64,000 bases of DNA from Acidobacteriota bacterium (GTDB taxonomy: Bacteria; Acidobacteriota; Thermoanaerobaculia; Multivoradales; UBA5704): NCBI GenBank assembly GCA_040005235.1, contig JBDTZG010000001.1, forward strand, positions 260,678-324,677, in the 5' to 3' direction. Positions 35,904 through 44,306 of the stretch are shown here, piece after piece. The notes under the pieces were generated by a model. That model was not told the DNA's origin and searched no databases. It saw nothing but the letters and a program-made list of their open reading frames with translations. Every line of letters begins with the position of its first letter. The stretch's first letter is position 1. A program made the translations under genes and the position numbers.

Positions 35904-38660
35904 ATGATTCATTCCGGCGCAATCCGCACTTCGGCCGTCGCTGCGCTCCTCGCTTCGTTCGTGACGGTTGCCTACGCCGCAACCCCCGCGGCGTTGGTGC
36001 GCGATGTGCGCCGAAAAGTCGGTCCGAACCTGTCGTCGAATCCCTCCAACATGGTCTCGCTCGGCGACCGCGCGCTGTTTTGGGCGAGCACGCCGCTCAT
36101 CGGTCACGAGCTGTACCGGACCGACGGCACGGCCGCGGGAACGTCCCTGATCACCGATCTCTGCCCGGGGAGCTGCGATTCGCTCTCCTTGCCGGCGCAC
36201 CCGCCGATCGTCGTCGCCGGCTATGCCTTCTTTCTCGCCACGGACGGCGCGCGCGGGACGGAGCTTTGGCGCAGCGACGGTACGGCGGCCGGCACGCGGC
36301 CGATGATCGACCTGGCAGCCGGTCCGGAAGACGGCTTCTACCTCTTCCTGATCGGCGGCGGTGACCGCGCGCTGTTCGCGACGTTGCCTCCGTCCGGCGA
36401 GGGGATCGATCTCTGGCAAAGCGACGGCACGGCGGCGGGGACCGCGGCGTTCGTGCACCTTGCGGACGGTGCGGCGAGCGCGCTCCCTTGGCCCCACGGC
36501 GCCGCGGCGCTGGGGCGGCTCCCCGGCGGGCAGCGGCTCTATTTTCCGGATTTTTTGGTCGGGGGTGACGGCGGGGTCTGGGAGAGCGACGGCACGGCGG
36601 CCGGTACGCGACCGGTCCAAACTCTGCCGGAAGCCGGCCGGGTCTTCTGCACGGAGCGGAGCGACCTGCCGCGGGTGACAGCAGGGGGCCTGGTGGTTTC
36701 CTTTTCGGGCGCTGGCGAGGGAAACGACTGCGAACCCTGGCTCGCGGCGGACGGCGTGGCGCGCCCGATCGCGGACCTCGCTCCGGGGCCGGAAGGCTCG
36801 TTCCCCTACGGTTTCGTCCGCCTCGGCTCGGTCACCCTTTTCGCCGCCACAGTGCCTGGCCTCGGCGGGGAGCTGTGGCGAACCGATGGCACGGCCGCAG
36901 GCACGTTTCTCCTCGGCGACGCCAACCCGGGAGCCGAGAGCGCCCACCCCTTGTTCCTCGGCGACCTGGGGGGAGAGGCGTATTACAGGGAGTGCGACGA
37001 CGCCGCAGGTTGCGAGCTTTGGGCGACGAACGGCGCGGCGGGAAGCCTGCGCCGGGTGGCCGACCTCACGCCCGGCCCGGAGTCTTCCGATCTGGAGTCG
37101 GTGGGGGTGGCCGGCGATCGGCTCTGGTTCAAGGCGTTCGGCGCCCGCGGCGGCTCGAAACTCTGGACGATCGATACGGCCGGAACGCTCGATTCGATAG
37201 CGACCCTCGGTGCGGGGGACGATGTCCGCACCGCTTTTGCCGCCGTCGGGCCGCTCGCCGTCTTCGGCGCCGATCTCGGCGAGGGCTTGGGGATCGAGCT
37301 GGCGGTGAGCGACGGCACGGCCGCGGGGACCCGGCCGCTCCGCGATCTTCTGGGAAGAGACGCTTCCTCGTTCCCGGATCAGCTCACCCGGACGGCCGGA
37401 CGGGTCCTGTTCACCGCGACCGACGATACCCACGGCAATGAAGTCTGGCGGACCGACGGCACGACCTCGGGAACTCAACTCGTAGCCGACCTCACGCCGC
37501 CGGGAGAGTCGTTCGACGGTGCGGCTTTTCTCGCGCCGACCGCCACCGGCGTGGCCCTCCAGGCGCCCGACGGCTCGATCCGCCACGCCCGGGCGAGGAG
37601 CGGGGGCATCGATTACCTGTACCGCCCCGGGGGGGAGTTTCCAAGTGCCGACTCCGGTTTCCGCCTCGGCGGCAGAGCGAACTTCTTCCTTACGGCGGGC
37701 GACTTTCCCGTGGCGACGCTGGAGCTTTGGCGGGCCGACGGCACCTCCACGGGGAACGGGCAACTCGCCGAGATCAAGCGCTTCAACCCGGTCGTCGGCT
37801 ACCAGGTGACCGTCGCCGTCGCCCCGGACGGCCGGAGTGCGTACTTCCTGCCGGTCAATACCGACGGAAAAGTGGGCGACATCGCCGACGGCCTCTGGAC
37901 AACCGATGGGTCGGCCGCCGGTACGCATCAGGTGGTGGCCGAACCGTGCGCCCCCTGTTCCGGCGTGCGCGCGGGCGACGCGATCGTCGGCCCCGGCGGA
38001 AAATTCTTCTACGTGGTCCGCGACATCGTCGATCGCTTTTCGCAGCTCTGGGTGAGCGACGGTACTCCGGCCGGGACCTTGAAGCTGCTCGAAGGCCCGG
38101 GAAGGTTCGATGGCGGATCGATCCGTTCGCTCGCCCGGGTCGGATCCCTGCTAATTTTCGCCGCCTTCGACTCGGTGCACGGCCAGGAGCTCTGGGCGAG
38201 CGACGGCACGATCGCGGGCACGCGGCGGCTCGCCGACCTGCGCCCGGGGCCTTTGTCTTCCTGGCCCGATGAGCTGACCTCCTTGGGCGGACGGGTCTAC
38301 TTTTCCGCCGATGACGGCAGGACCGGCCGCGAGCTCTGGTCCACCGACGGCACATCCGCGGGAACGAAACGGGTCGACGACCTGCGACCCGGATCGCGCT
38401 CCTCGGTACCCCAATCGCTCACCGCGATCGGCAATCGACTGGTTTTCGCCGCCGACGACGGAAAGTCAGGGCTCGAAGTCTGGTCGTCCGACGGCACCGC
38501 CGCGGGCACCCGGCTCGCGAGCGACGTGCAGCCGGGACGTTTGCCCTCCTCCCCGGGCGATTTCGTCGCCCTAGGCTCCGATCTGCTGTTCGTCGCCTCG
38601 CGCGCCACGACCGGGCGCGAGCTGTTCCGTTTGCCGCTCTCGGCGCTCGGCCCTCCCTGA
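35904..38660 (+). CDS. ELWxxDGT repeat secreted beta-propeller protein (paralog 2)
   Basis: Same repeats; N- and C-termini collinear with paralog 1 (GPNLSSNPS.MVSLG; ASRATTGRELFRLPL). Confidence 0.9.
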   Translation: MIHSGAIRTSAVAALLASFVTVAYAATPAALVRDVRRKVGPNLSSNPSNMVSLGDRALFWASTPLIGHELYRTDGTAAGTSLITDLCPGSCDSLSLPAHPPIVVAGYAFFLATDGARGTELWRSDGTAAGTRPMIDLAAGPEDGFYLFLIGGGDRALFATLPPSGEGIDLWQSDGTAAGTAAFVHLADGAASALPWPHGAAALGRLPGGQRLYFPDFLVGGDGGVWESDGTAAGTRPVQTLPEAGRVFCTERSDLPRVTAGGLVVSFSGAGEGNDCEPWLAADGVARPIADLAPGPEGSFPYGFVRLGSVTLFAATVPGLGGELWRTDGTAAGTFLLGDANPGAESAHPLFLGDLGGEAYYRECDDAAGCELWATNGAAGSLRRVADLTPGPESSDLESVGVAGDRLWFKAFGARGGSKLWTIDTAGTLDSIATLGAGDDVRTAFAAVGPLAVFGADLGEGLGIELAVSDGTAAGTRPLRDLLGRDASSFPDQLTRTAGRVLFTATDDTHGNEVWRTDGTTSGTQLVADLTPPGESFDGAAFLAPTATGVALQAPDGSIRHARARSGGIDYLYRPGGEFPSADSGFRLGGRANFFLTAGDFPVATLELWRADGTSTGNGQLAEIKRFNPVVGYQVTVAVAPDGRSAYFLPVNTDGKVGDIADGLWTTDGSAAGTHQVVAEPCAPCSGVRAGDAIVGPGGKFFYVVRDIVDRFSQLWVSDGTPAGTLKLLEGPGRFDGGSIRSLARVGSLLIFAAFDSVHGQELWASDGTIAGTRRLADLRPGPLSSWPDELTSLGGRVYFSADDGRTGRELWSTDGTSAGTKRVDDLRPGSRSSVPQSLTAIGNRLVFAADDGKSGLEVWSSDGTAAGTRLASDVQPGRLPSSPGDFVALGSDLLFVASRATTGRELFRLPLSALGPP

Positions 38661-38775
38661 TACCTTCTGTTCCCTCTGGCCTTTCCTCGGACCCTGCCGT
38701 AAGCTCGGGCCTCTTTCCCGGCGGACGCCGGGGCCGGGAATCCAAAGCCAAATCTTCTTGCGGGGGAGTGGACCT

Positions 38776-39876
38776 ATGGCAGGTAGGACGGTTGGGATCT
38801 ACGTCGACGTCGAAAACATCACGCGCAACGGCGGTTTCGGCATGCAGTACGACGTGCTGCGCGAATTCGCTTGCCGCGACGGCGCGGACGCCGCGCGCAT
38901 CAACGCCTACGTGCGCTTCGACGAGGAGCGGTCGCGGCGCAACGATCCCACCTACGCCAAGGTGCTGGAGTTCCACAACCGTTTGCGCGACATCGGCTAC
39001 AAGGTGGTGGAAAAGCCGATTCGGTGGCAGTTCGATTCGGTCACCGGCGAGCGCTACGGCAAGGCGAACGCCGACATGGACATGGCCGTCGACATGCTGC
39101 TCCAGTCCGAACGGCTCGACAGAGTCCTGCTCGCGACGGGCGACGGCGACTTCACCAAGGTGATCGAGGCGCTCCAGTACCGCGGCCTGCGCATCGAGGT
39201 GGTGGCGTTTGAAAACGTCGCCGAGTCGCTGCGCAACCAGGCCGACCTGTTCGTCTCCGGTTACCTCATCCCGAACTTGCTGCTGCCGCCGAGCCAGGCC
39301 GACCGGCGCCACTGGAACGACGAAGGATCGCGCGTGCGCGGCATCTCCTACTGGGTCGACAAAGAGAAGAAGTACGGCTTCATCCGCTTCCTGACCACCG
39401 TCAACGACAACCTCTGGATCTACGACTCGCGCCGCCCGGGCTCGCCCTACGGCAACAGCTTCTTCCACATCTCGCAGCTGCGCGACTCGAACGTCTTCGA
39501 CCGCCTGCCCAACCGCGAAGTGATTCTCGAATACACCCTGCGAAAGGGCGAAAAAGGCTGGGAGGCCGAGGACATCGTGGCGGTCGGCGGCATGCCGCGC
39601 GCGCCGTTCTCCCCCTGGTCGCCGACCTCCGCGGCGGCGGCGCACCTGATGGCGACCGAGACCGGCACCCATGCGATCGCGGCGCTCCGCTCCGAGACCG
39701 GCACGCACTCGATCGCCGGGCTCCGCGGTGACACGGGCACCCATTCGATCGCGGGCTTGAGGGCGCCCGTCTGGGCCGAGCGCGAAAGCGCCGCGCGTAC
39801 CTCGTCTCCGGTGCCGAGCGACCTCGAACCCGAAGGCGATTCCGACGACGACGAGGAAGACGCGGGCAATCGGTAG
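38776..39876 (+). CDS. NYN (LabA/DUF88 PIN-like) domain protein with cold-shock/OB-like domain and C-terminal repeats
   Basis: YVDVENI, KANADMDMAVD, LATGDGDF, LRNQADLF; KKYGFI...FFHISQL OB-like motifs; 3x 12-aa repeat. Confidence 0.85.
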   Translation: MAGRTVGIYVDVENITRNGGFGMQYDVLREFACRDGADAARINAYVRFDEERSRRNDPTYAKVLEFHNRLRDIGYKVVEKPIRWQFDSVTGERYGKANADMDMAVDMLLQSERLDRVLLATGDGDFTKVIEALQYRGLRIEVVAFENVAESLRNQADLFVSGYLIPNLLLPPSQADRRHWNDEGSRVRGISYWVDKEKKYGFIRFLTTVNDNLWIYDSRRPGSPYGNSFFHISQLRDSNVFDRLPNREVILEYTLRKGEKGWEAEDIVAVGGMPRAPFSPWSPTSAAAAHLMATETGTHAIAALRSETGTHSIAGLRGDTGTHSIAGLRAPVWAERESAARTSSPVPSDLEPEGDSDDDEEDAGNR

Positions 39877-39892
39877 GTTTCGCCCGGGAGGT

Positions 39893-40068
39893 GACGGGGA
39901 GGGAGACGCCCCGACGTGGGTGGACCTGGAGGATCTGGGGTTGAGGACTGGGACGTCTCTACAAAAACGCTGTCGTATCGGGACGGGGAGGGAGATGCCC
40001 CGACGTTGGTGGAACCGGTTTGTCTGGAGTAATGGACTGGGGACGTCTCTACAAAACGCTGTCGTATC
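39893..40068. repeat. Imperfect tandem duplication (period ~89 bp) of a GTAGAGACG-type hairpin element
   Basis: Units 39893-39979 and 39982-40068, each gacggggagggaga(c/t)gccccgacg...gggacgtctctacaaaa(a)cgctgtcgtatc. Confidence 0.75.
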
Positions 40069-40173
40069 AAGGGCAGTTGGGTTCGTGGCCACGGGTGCCA
40101 AGAAGGCGAGGAACACCGCGAGCGGACCTTTCACGGTGATGACGGCCGCCTCGAACTCGATCAAAATAGCGCC

Positions 40174-40800
40174 ATGCCTCCCTTTCTCTGGAACGGCCCC
40201 GACGACGCTCCCGTCACCCTTGTCCTCGCCCACGGTGCCGGTGCGCCGATGGATTCGCCGTTCCTCGAAAAGTTCGCGCGCGGTCTGGCGGAGAGTGGAA
40301 TTCGGGTCGCGCGGTTCGAATTTCCCTACATGCACGCTCGGCGGGAAGGGGGCCGCGGAGGCGCTCCCGATCGGACCCCCGTGGCGCTCGACGCTTGGCG
40401 TGCGGCGTACGCTTTGGTTCAGGCCGGCGCAGCGGGCCGTGTAGCCATTGGCGGCAAATCGTTCGGTGGGCGGATGGCGAGCTTGATCGCCGACGAGGTG
40501 GAGGCCGCGGGGCTCGTCTGCCTCGGCTATCCGTTCCATCCGCCCGGGCGGCCGGAAAAGCCGCGCACGGCGCACCTCGAAGCGCTGCGCACGCCGACAC
40601 TGATCGTCCAGGGAACGCGCGATCCGTTCGGCACGCCGGACGACATCGGCGGGTATGTGCTCTCGCCCGCGATCCGGATCAAATGGCTCGAATCGGGTGA
40701 GCACTCGTGGAAGCCACTCGCGCGTTCGGGAAGGACCGAGGCGCTGAACATGGAACAGGGGATCGAGGCGACCGCGGGCTTTTTGGCCGCGCTGCCTTAA
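40174..40800 (+). CDS. Alpha/beta hydrolase (KANSL3/Tex30-like)
   Basis: LAHGAGA, IGGKSFGGR, LGYPFHPPG, VQGTRDPFG, GEHS. Confidence 0.88.
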   Translation: MPPFLWNGPDDAPVTLVLAHGAGAPMDSPFLEKFARGLAESGIRVARFEFPYMHARREGGRGGAPDRTPVALDAWRAAYALVQAGAAGRVAIGGKSFGGRMASLIADEVEAAGLVCLGYPFHPPGRPEKPRTAHLEALRTPTLIVQGTRDPFGTPDDIGGYVLSPAIRIKWLESGEHSWKPLARSGRTEALNMEQGIEATAGFLAALP

Positions 40801-43367
40801 GAAACCCGGGCGTGGAGCTCCTCCAGGATCGCCGCGAGATCAGGCTTCAACTCCAGGACGCCCGCAAGCGGATCGTCTCCCAGCGAGCGCACCCGGCGGG
40901 GGACCGAGCGGATCGTGAACTTGCTAGGGGAAAGCGAGCTTTTCAATTCCTCCCAGCGCAGGGGGGTCGAGACGGTGGCCCCCGGCCGCGGCCGGGCGGA
41001 GAACGGCGCCGCGATCAGTTTGCCGCGGCCGTTCTGGAGAAAATCGATATAAACCCGGCCGCGGCGGGCGGCGAGGTTGCGTTCGATCGTCGCGATCTTT
41101 GGGAGCGTATGAGCCGCGTGGCGGGCGATCACCTCGGCGAGCTGGCGCGCCTGCTCGAAGCCGCATTGGCGACCGAGCGGCAGCAGGATGTGAAGCCCCG
41201 AGCCGCCACTGGTCTTCAAGAACGGCGTCCAGGCGATCTCACGGCAGAAATCGCCCAAGAAACGCGCGATCGCGATCACGTCGGCGAACGGCGCCCCTTT
41301 GGGATCGAGATCGAGGATCGTCCAGTCGGGCCGGTCGAGATCGTCGGCGCGGCTCGCCCAGACGTGGAGCGGAATGACGCCCAGATTCGCCAGGAAGGCG
41401 AGCGCGTCCGCGTCGTCGCACAGGATGTAATGGATGTCGCGCGGCCCCTGCTCGCCCGATTCGCTGCGGATCGCGACCGTCCGGACCCATTCGGGCAGGA
41501 AGCTCGGCGCGTCTTTTTGATAGAAAGATTTTCCCGCGATGCCGTCCGGATAGCGATCGAGCACCAGCGGCCGGTTGTACAGATAGGGGAGGAGCGTCGG
41601 CGCGATCGCCTGATAGAAGTCGATCAGATCCCCTTTGGTGTAGCCCTCCTCGGGCCAGAACAGTTTCTCCCGGTTGGTGAACGTGAGCTTGCGTTTAAGG
41701 GAGGCCGCAGGGGGAGGAGTCGGCGGCTCGGCGCCGTCTTCGCCTTCCCCGGCCGGGCCCGAACCTCCCTCGCGCACGCACTCCTCGACCGGCTTGTCGT
41801 CGCGCAGGCGAAGAAAGACCGGGTGGCGCAGATGGCCGTCGTTCGTCCATTCCTTGAAGCGGATCTCCGTCGCGAGCTTGGGCTCCAGCCAAACGTGGTG
41901 GCCGGTCTTGGGGAGAACGCCCGTGGCGATCGGCTTGTCGCGCCGGAACGGTTCGAGCGTTTGCCGCAGGTCGTTCAGCTGTTTTTCGGTAAAGCCGCTG
42001 CCGACGCTGCCGGCGTAGCTCCACCCCTCGGGGATCTTCACCGCCAGATGGAGCGCGCCGAAACCCGGCCGGCCGCGCGATTCGGATTCCTTCCAGCCGA
42101 CGATCGCAAAATCGCCCGTCCGGTCGACGCGAATCTTCAGCCAATCGGCGTGGCGGCCATTGCGGTAAGGACCCGCCGCCCGCTTCGCCATGATTCCTTC
42201 GAGGCCGAGCGCTGCCACCGCGTCGTGCAGGTCGATACCACGCTCTTCCACGTGATCGGTATAGCGAATCACCCCCACCTTCGGCAGCATGGCCTCCAGG
42301 AGGTGTTTCCGGTCGAGCAGCGTCAACGGTCGAAGGTCATATCCTTCAAAAGCAATCAGGTCGAAAGAAAACAGCGTCGCGGGATTTTCCACAGCCGCCT
42401 TTTCCGCTTCGAGGGCGCCGCCGATCAAGCCGCGCTTTTGCAGCCGCTGGAAGCCCGGATGCCCCGACTCTTCCACCACCACGACCTCGCCATCGAGCAC
42501 GAACGAGGAAAAGGGGAGGGCGACGATCGCACGGGCGATCTCGGGGAACGTTCGCGTCGCGTCGCGCCCACTGCGATAGAGCAGCCGCGCTCCCTCCGCG
42601 CTCTTTTCGGCGAGCAGCCGGTAGCCGTCGTACTTGAGCTCGAACAACCACCCGGGCTTGGTGAACGGCTTCTCTCGCGTCTCGGCGAGCATCGGCTTCA
42701 CGTCTTTCGCTTGCACCTCGCGCTCGGGCGCTTTGAGCCGCGACAGCTCAGAGCGCAAATGGGCCTCGCGTGGATCGCCGTCGCGCAGGTCTTCGAAGGT
42801 GAGCCCGGAGAGGATGGAGGTGGGCGAGAACCCCGCCTCGCCGGAGGCGTTCGCCCATTCGTCGCGCTCTTTGATCAGCAGCCAGCCTTGGGGATCCTTC
42901 TTGAGCTTCACCAGAGTCCACCGGCCGCGCAGTTTGTAACCTTTCAATTCGAACAGCAGCTTGCCGGTCTGTAACCCCTCTTCCATGTCGAGCAACGGCA
43001 CGTATCGGCCGCGATCCCAGACGATCATTTGCCCCGCGCCGTAATTGCCTTTTGGGATGATCCCTTCGAACTCGGCATAGGCGAGCGGATGATCTTCCAC
43101 CGCGACCGCCATGCGCTTTTCGTGCGGATCGTCCGAAGGACCCTTGGGCACCGCCCACGATTTGAGCGCGCCGCCAATCTCCATCCGCAGGTCCCAATGG
43201 AGGGCGCGCGCGTTGTGCTGTTGGACCACGAACAGGCGCGGCCGCTCCTCGCCGTCCACCCCCATGGGTTCGGGGGTGTGCTTCGCGTCGCGTTTTGCGC
43301 GGTACTTCTCGAGGCTCGAAGAGCTTGAGGCGCCACTTCGAGCGGGGGCGGATTTCTCTGGTTTCAT
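40797..43367 (-). CDS. ligD: NHEJ DNA ligase D (phosphoesterase-ligase-polymerase)
   Basis: FVVQQHNARALHWDLR, KSWAVPKGP; ELKYDGYR, EGIMAKR, WLKIR; DLDP, KTSGGSGLH, YIDFLQN. Confidence 0.95.
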   Translation of the reverse strand: MKPEKSAPARSGASSSSSLEKYRAKRDAKHTPEPMGVDGEERPRLFVVQQHNARALHWDLRMEIGGALKSWAVPKGPSDDPHEKRMAVAVEDHPLAYAEFEGIIPKGNYGAGQMIVWDRGRYVPLLDMEEGLQTGKLLFELKGYKLRGRWTLVKLKKDPQGWLLIKERDEWANASGEAGFSPTSILSGLTFEDLRDGDPREAHLRSELSRLKAPEREVQAKDVKPMLAETREKPFTKPGWLFELKYDGYRLLAEKSAEGARLLYRSGRDATRTFPEIARAIVALPFSSFVLDGEVVVVEESGHPGFQRLQKRGLIGGALEAEKAAVENPATLFSFDLIAFEGYDLRPLTLLDRKHLLEAMLPKVGVIRYTDHVEERGIDLHDAVAALGLEGIMAKRAAGPYRNGRHADWLKIRVDRTGDFAIVGWKESESRGRPGFGALHLAVKIPEGWSYAGSVGSGFTEKQLNDLRQTLEPFRRDKPIATGVLPKTGHHVWLEPKLATEIRFKEWTNDGHLRHPVFLRLRDDKPVEECVREGGSGPAGEGEDGAEPPTPPPAASLKRKLTFTNREKLFWPEEGYTKGDLIDFYQAIAPTLLPYLYNRPLVLDRYPDGIAGKSFYQKDAPSFLPEWVRTVAIRSESGEQGPRDIHYILCDDADALAFLANLGVIPLHVWASRADDLDRPDWTILDLDPKGAPFADVIAIARFLGDFCREIAWTPFLKTSGGSGLHILLPLGRQCGFEQARQLAEVIARHAAHTLPKIATIERNLAARRGRVYIDFLQNGRGKLIAAPFSARPRPGATVSTPLRWEELKSSLSPSKFTIRSVPRRVRSLGDDPLAGVLELKPDLAAILEELHARVS

Positions 43368-43397
43368 CGGCGTTTAGACCAGAGTATGATAGCTCGC

Positions 43398-44300
43398 ATG
43401 AGCGCACGAGCCTACGCTTCCGGCACCGTCTCCTTCGGCCTCGTTTCGATCCCGATCAAGCTCTATTCGACCGGGGAAGCCTCGACCGGCATCCATTTGA
43501 ACATGCTGCACAAGAAATGCGGCACGCGGCTGAAGCAGCAATACATCTGTCCGACCGATAACGAAATCGTCGGAAAAGACGAGATGGTGAAGGGATTTGA
43601 GTACACCAAGGGGCAATACGTTCTGTTCAGCGAGGACGAGCTCAAAGCCCTGATGCCCGAGCCGACCAACGCGATCGACATCACGGAGTTCATCCCGCTG
43701 GATAAAGTGGATCCGATCTATTTCGAGAAAACCTATTACCTCGGTCCGGACAAGGGGGGCGACCGCCCTTACCTGCTGCTCTCCCAGGCGATGCGCGACA
43801 CCGGCCGTGCGGCGATCGCCCGCTACCGGGCGCGCGGGAAGGACTACCTGGTGCTACTCCGGCCATTCGAGCAGGGCGTCGTCATGCAGCAGCTGCGCTA
43901 CGCCGACGAGATCCGCTCGTTCTCCGAAGTGCCGATCGGCAGCGCCGAGGTGAAACCTCAGGAGCTGAACCTGGCGAAGATGCTGATCGACCAGATCGCG
44001 GGCGAATCGTTCGCGCCGGCCCAATACGAAGACGAAGTGAAGAAGAAGACCCGCGCGCTGATCGACAAGAAGGTCGAAGGTGAAGAGATCACCGCCGCGG
44101 TCGAAGAGGCGCCGAAGGCGCAAATCATCGATCTGATGGCAGCCTTGAAAGCGAGCCTCGCGAACGCGGGCGGGGCGGCCAAAGGCGACGCCAAAGCCGA
44201 CCGCAAGCCGGCCAAGCCGAGCCCGAGAAAGCCCGGCAAAGCGGACGAGGAGAAGCTGGCCGAAGTCACCCCGATACGCAAGAGGGCCGCGCGCGGGTAG
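43398..44300 (+). CDS. ku: NHEJ Ku protein
   Basis: SFGLVSIPIKLY, VKGFEY, IYFEKTYYLGP, IIDLMAALKASL, basic tail. Confidence 0.95.
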   Translation: MSARAYASGTVSFGLVSIPIKLYSTGEASTGIHLNMLHKKCGTRLKQQYICPTDNEIVGKDEMVKGFEYTKGQYVLFSEDELKALMPEPTNAIDITEFIPLDKVDPIYFEKTYYLGPDKGGDRPYLLLSQAMRDTGRAAIARYRARGKDYLVLLRPFEQGVVMQQLRYADEIRSFSEVPIGSAEVKPQELNLAKMLIDQIAGESFAPAQYEDEVKKKTRALIDKKVEGEEITAAVEEAPKAQIIDLMAALKASLANAGGAAKGDAKADRKPAKPSPRKPGKADEEKLAEVTPIRKRAARG

Positions 44301-44306
44301 GGCCTT

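Noticed and set aside
39893-40068. Mini-CRISPR
   Set aside because: Only two imperfect units, with similar rather than unique intervening sequence; better explained as a duplicated hairpin element.
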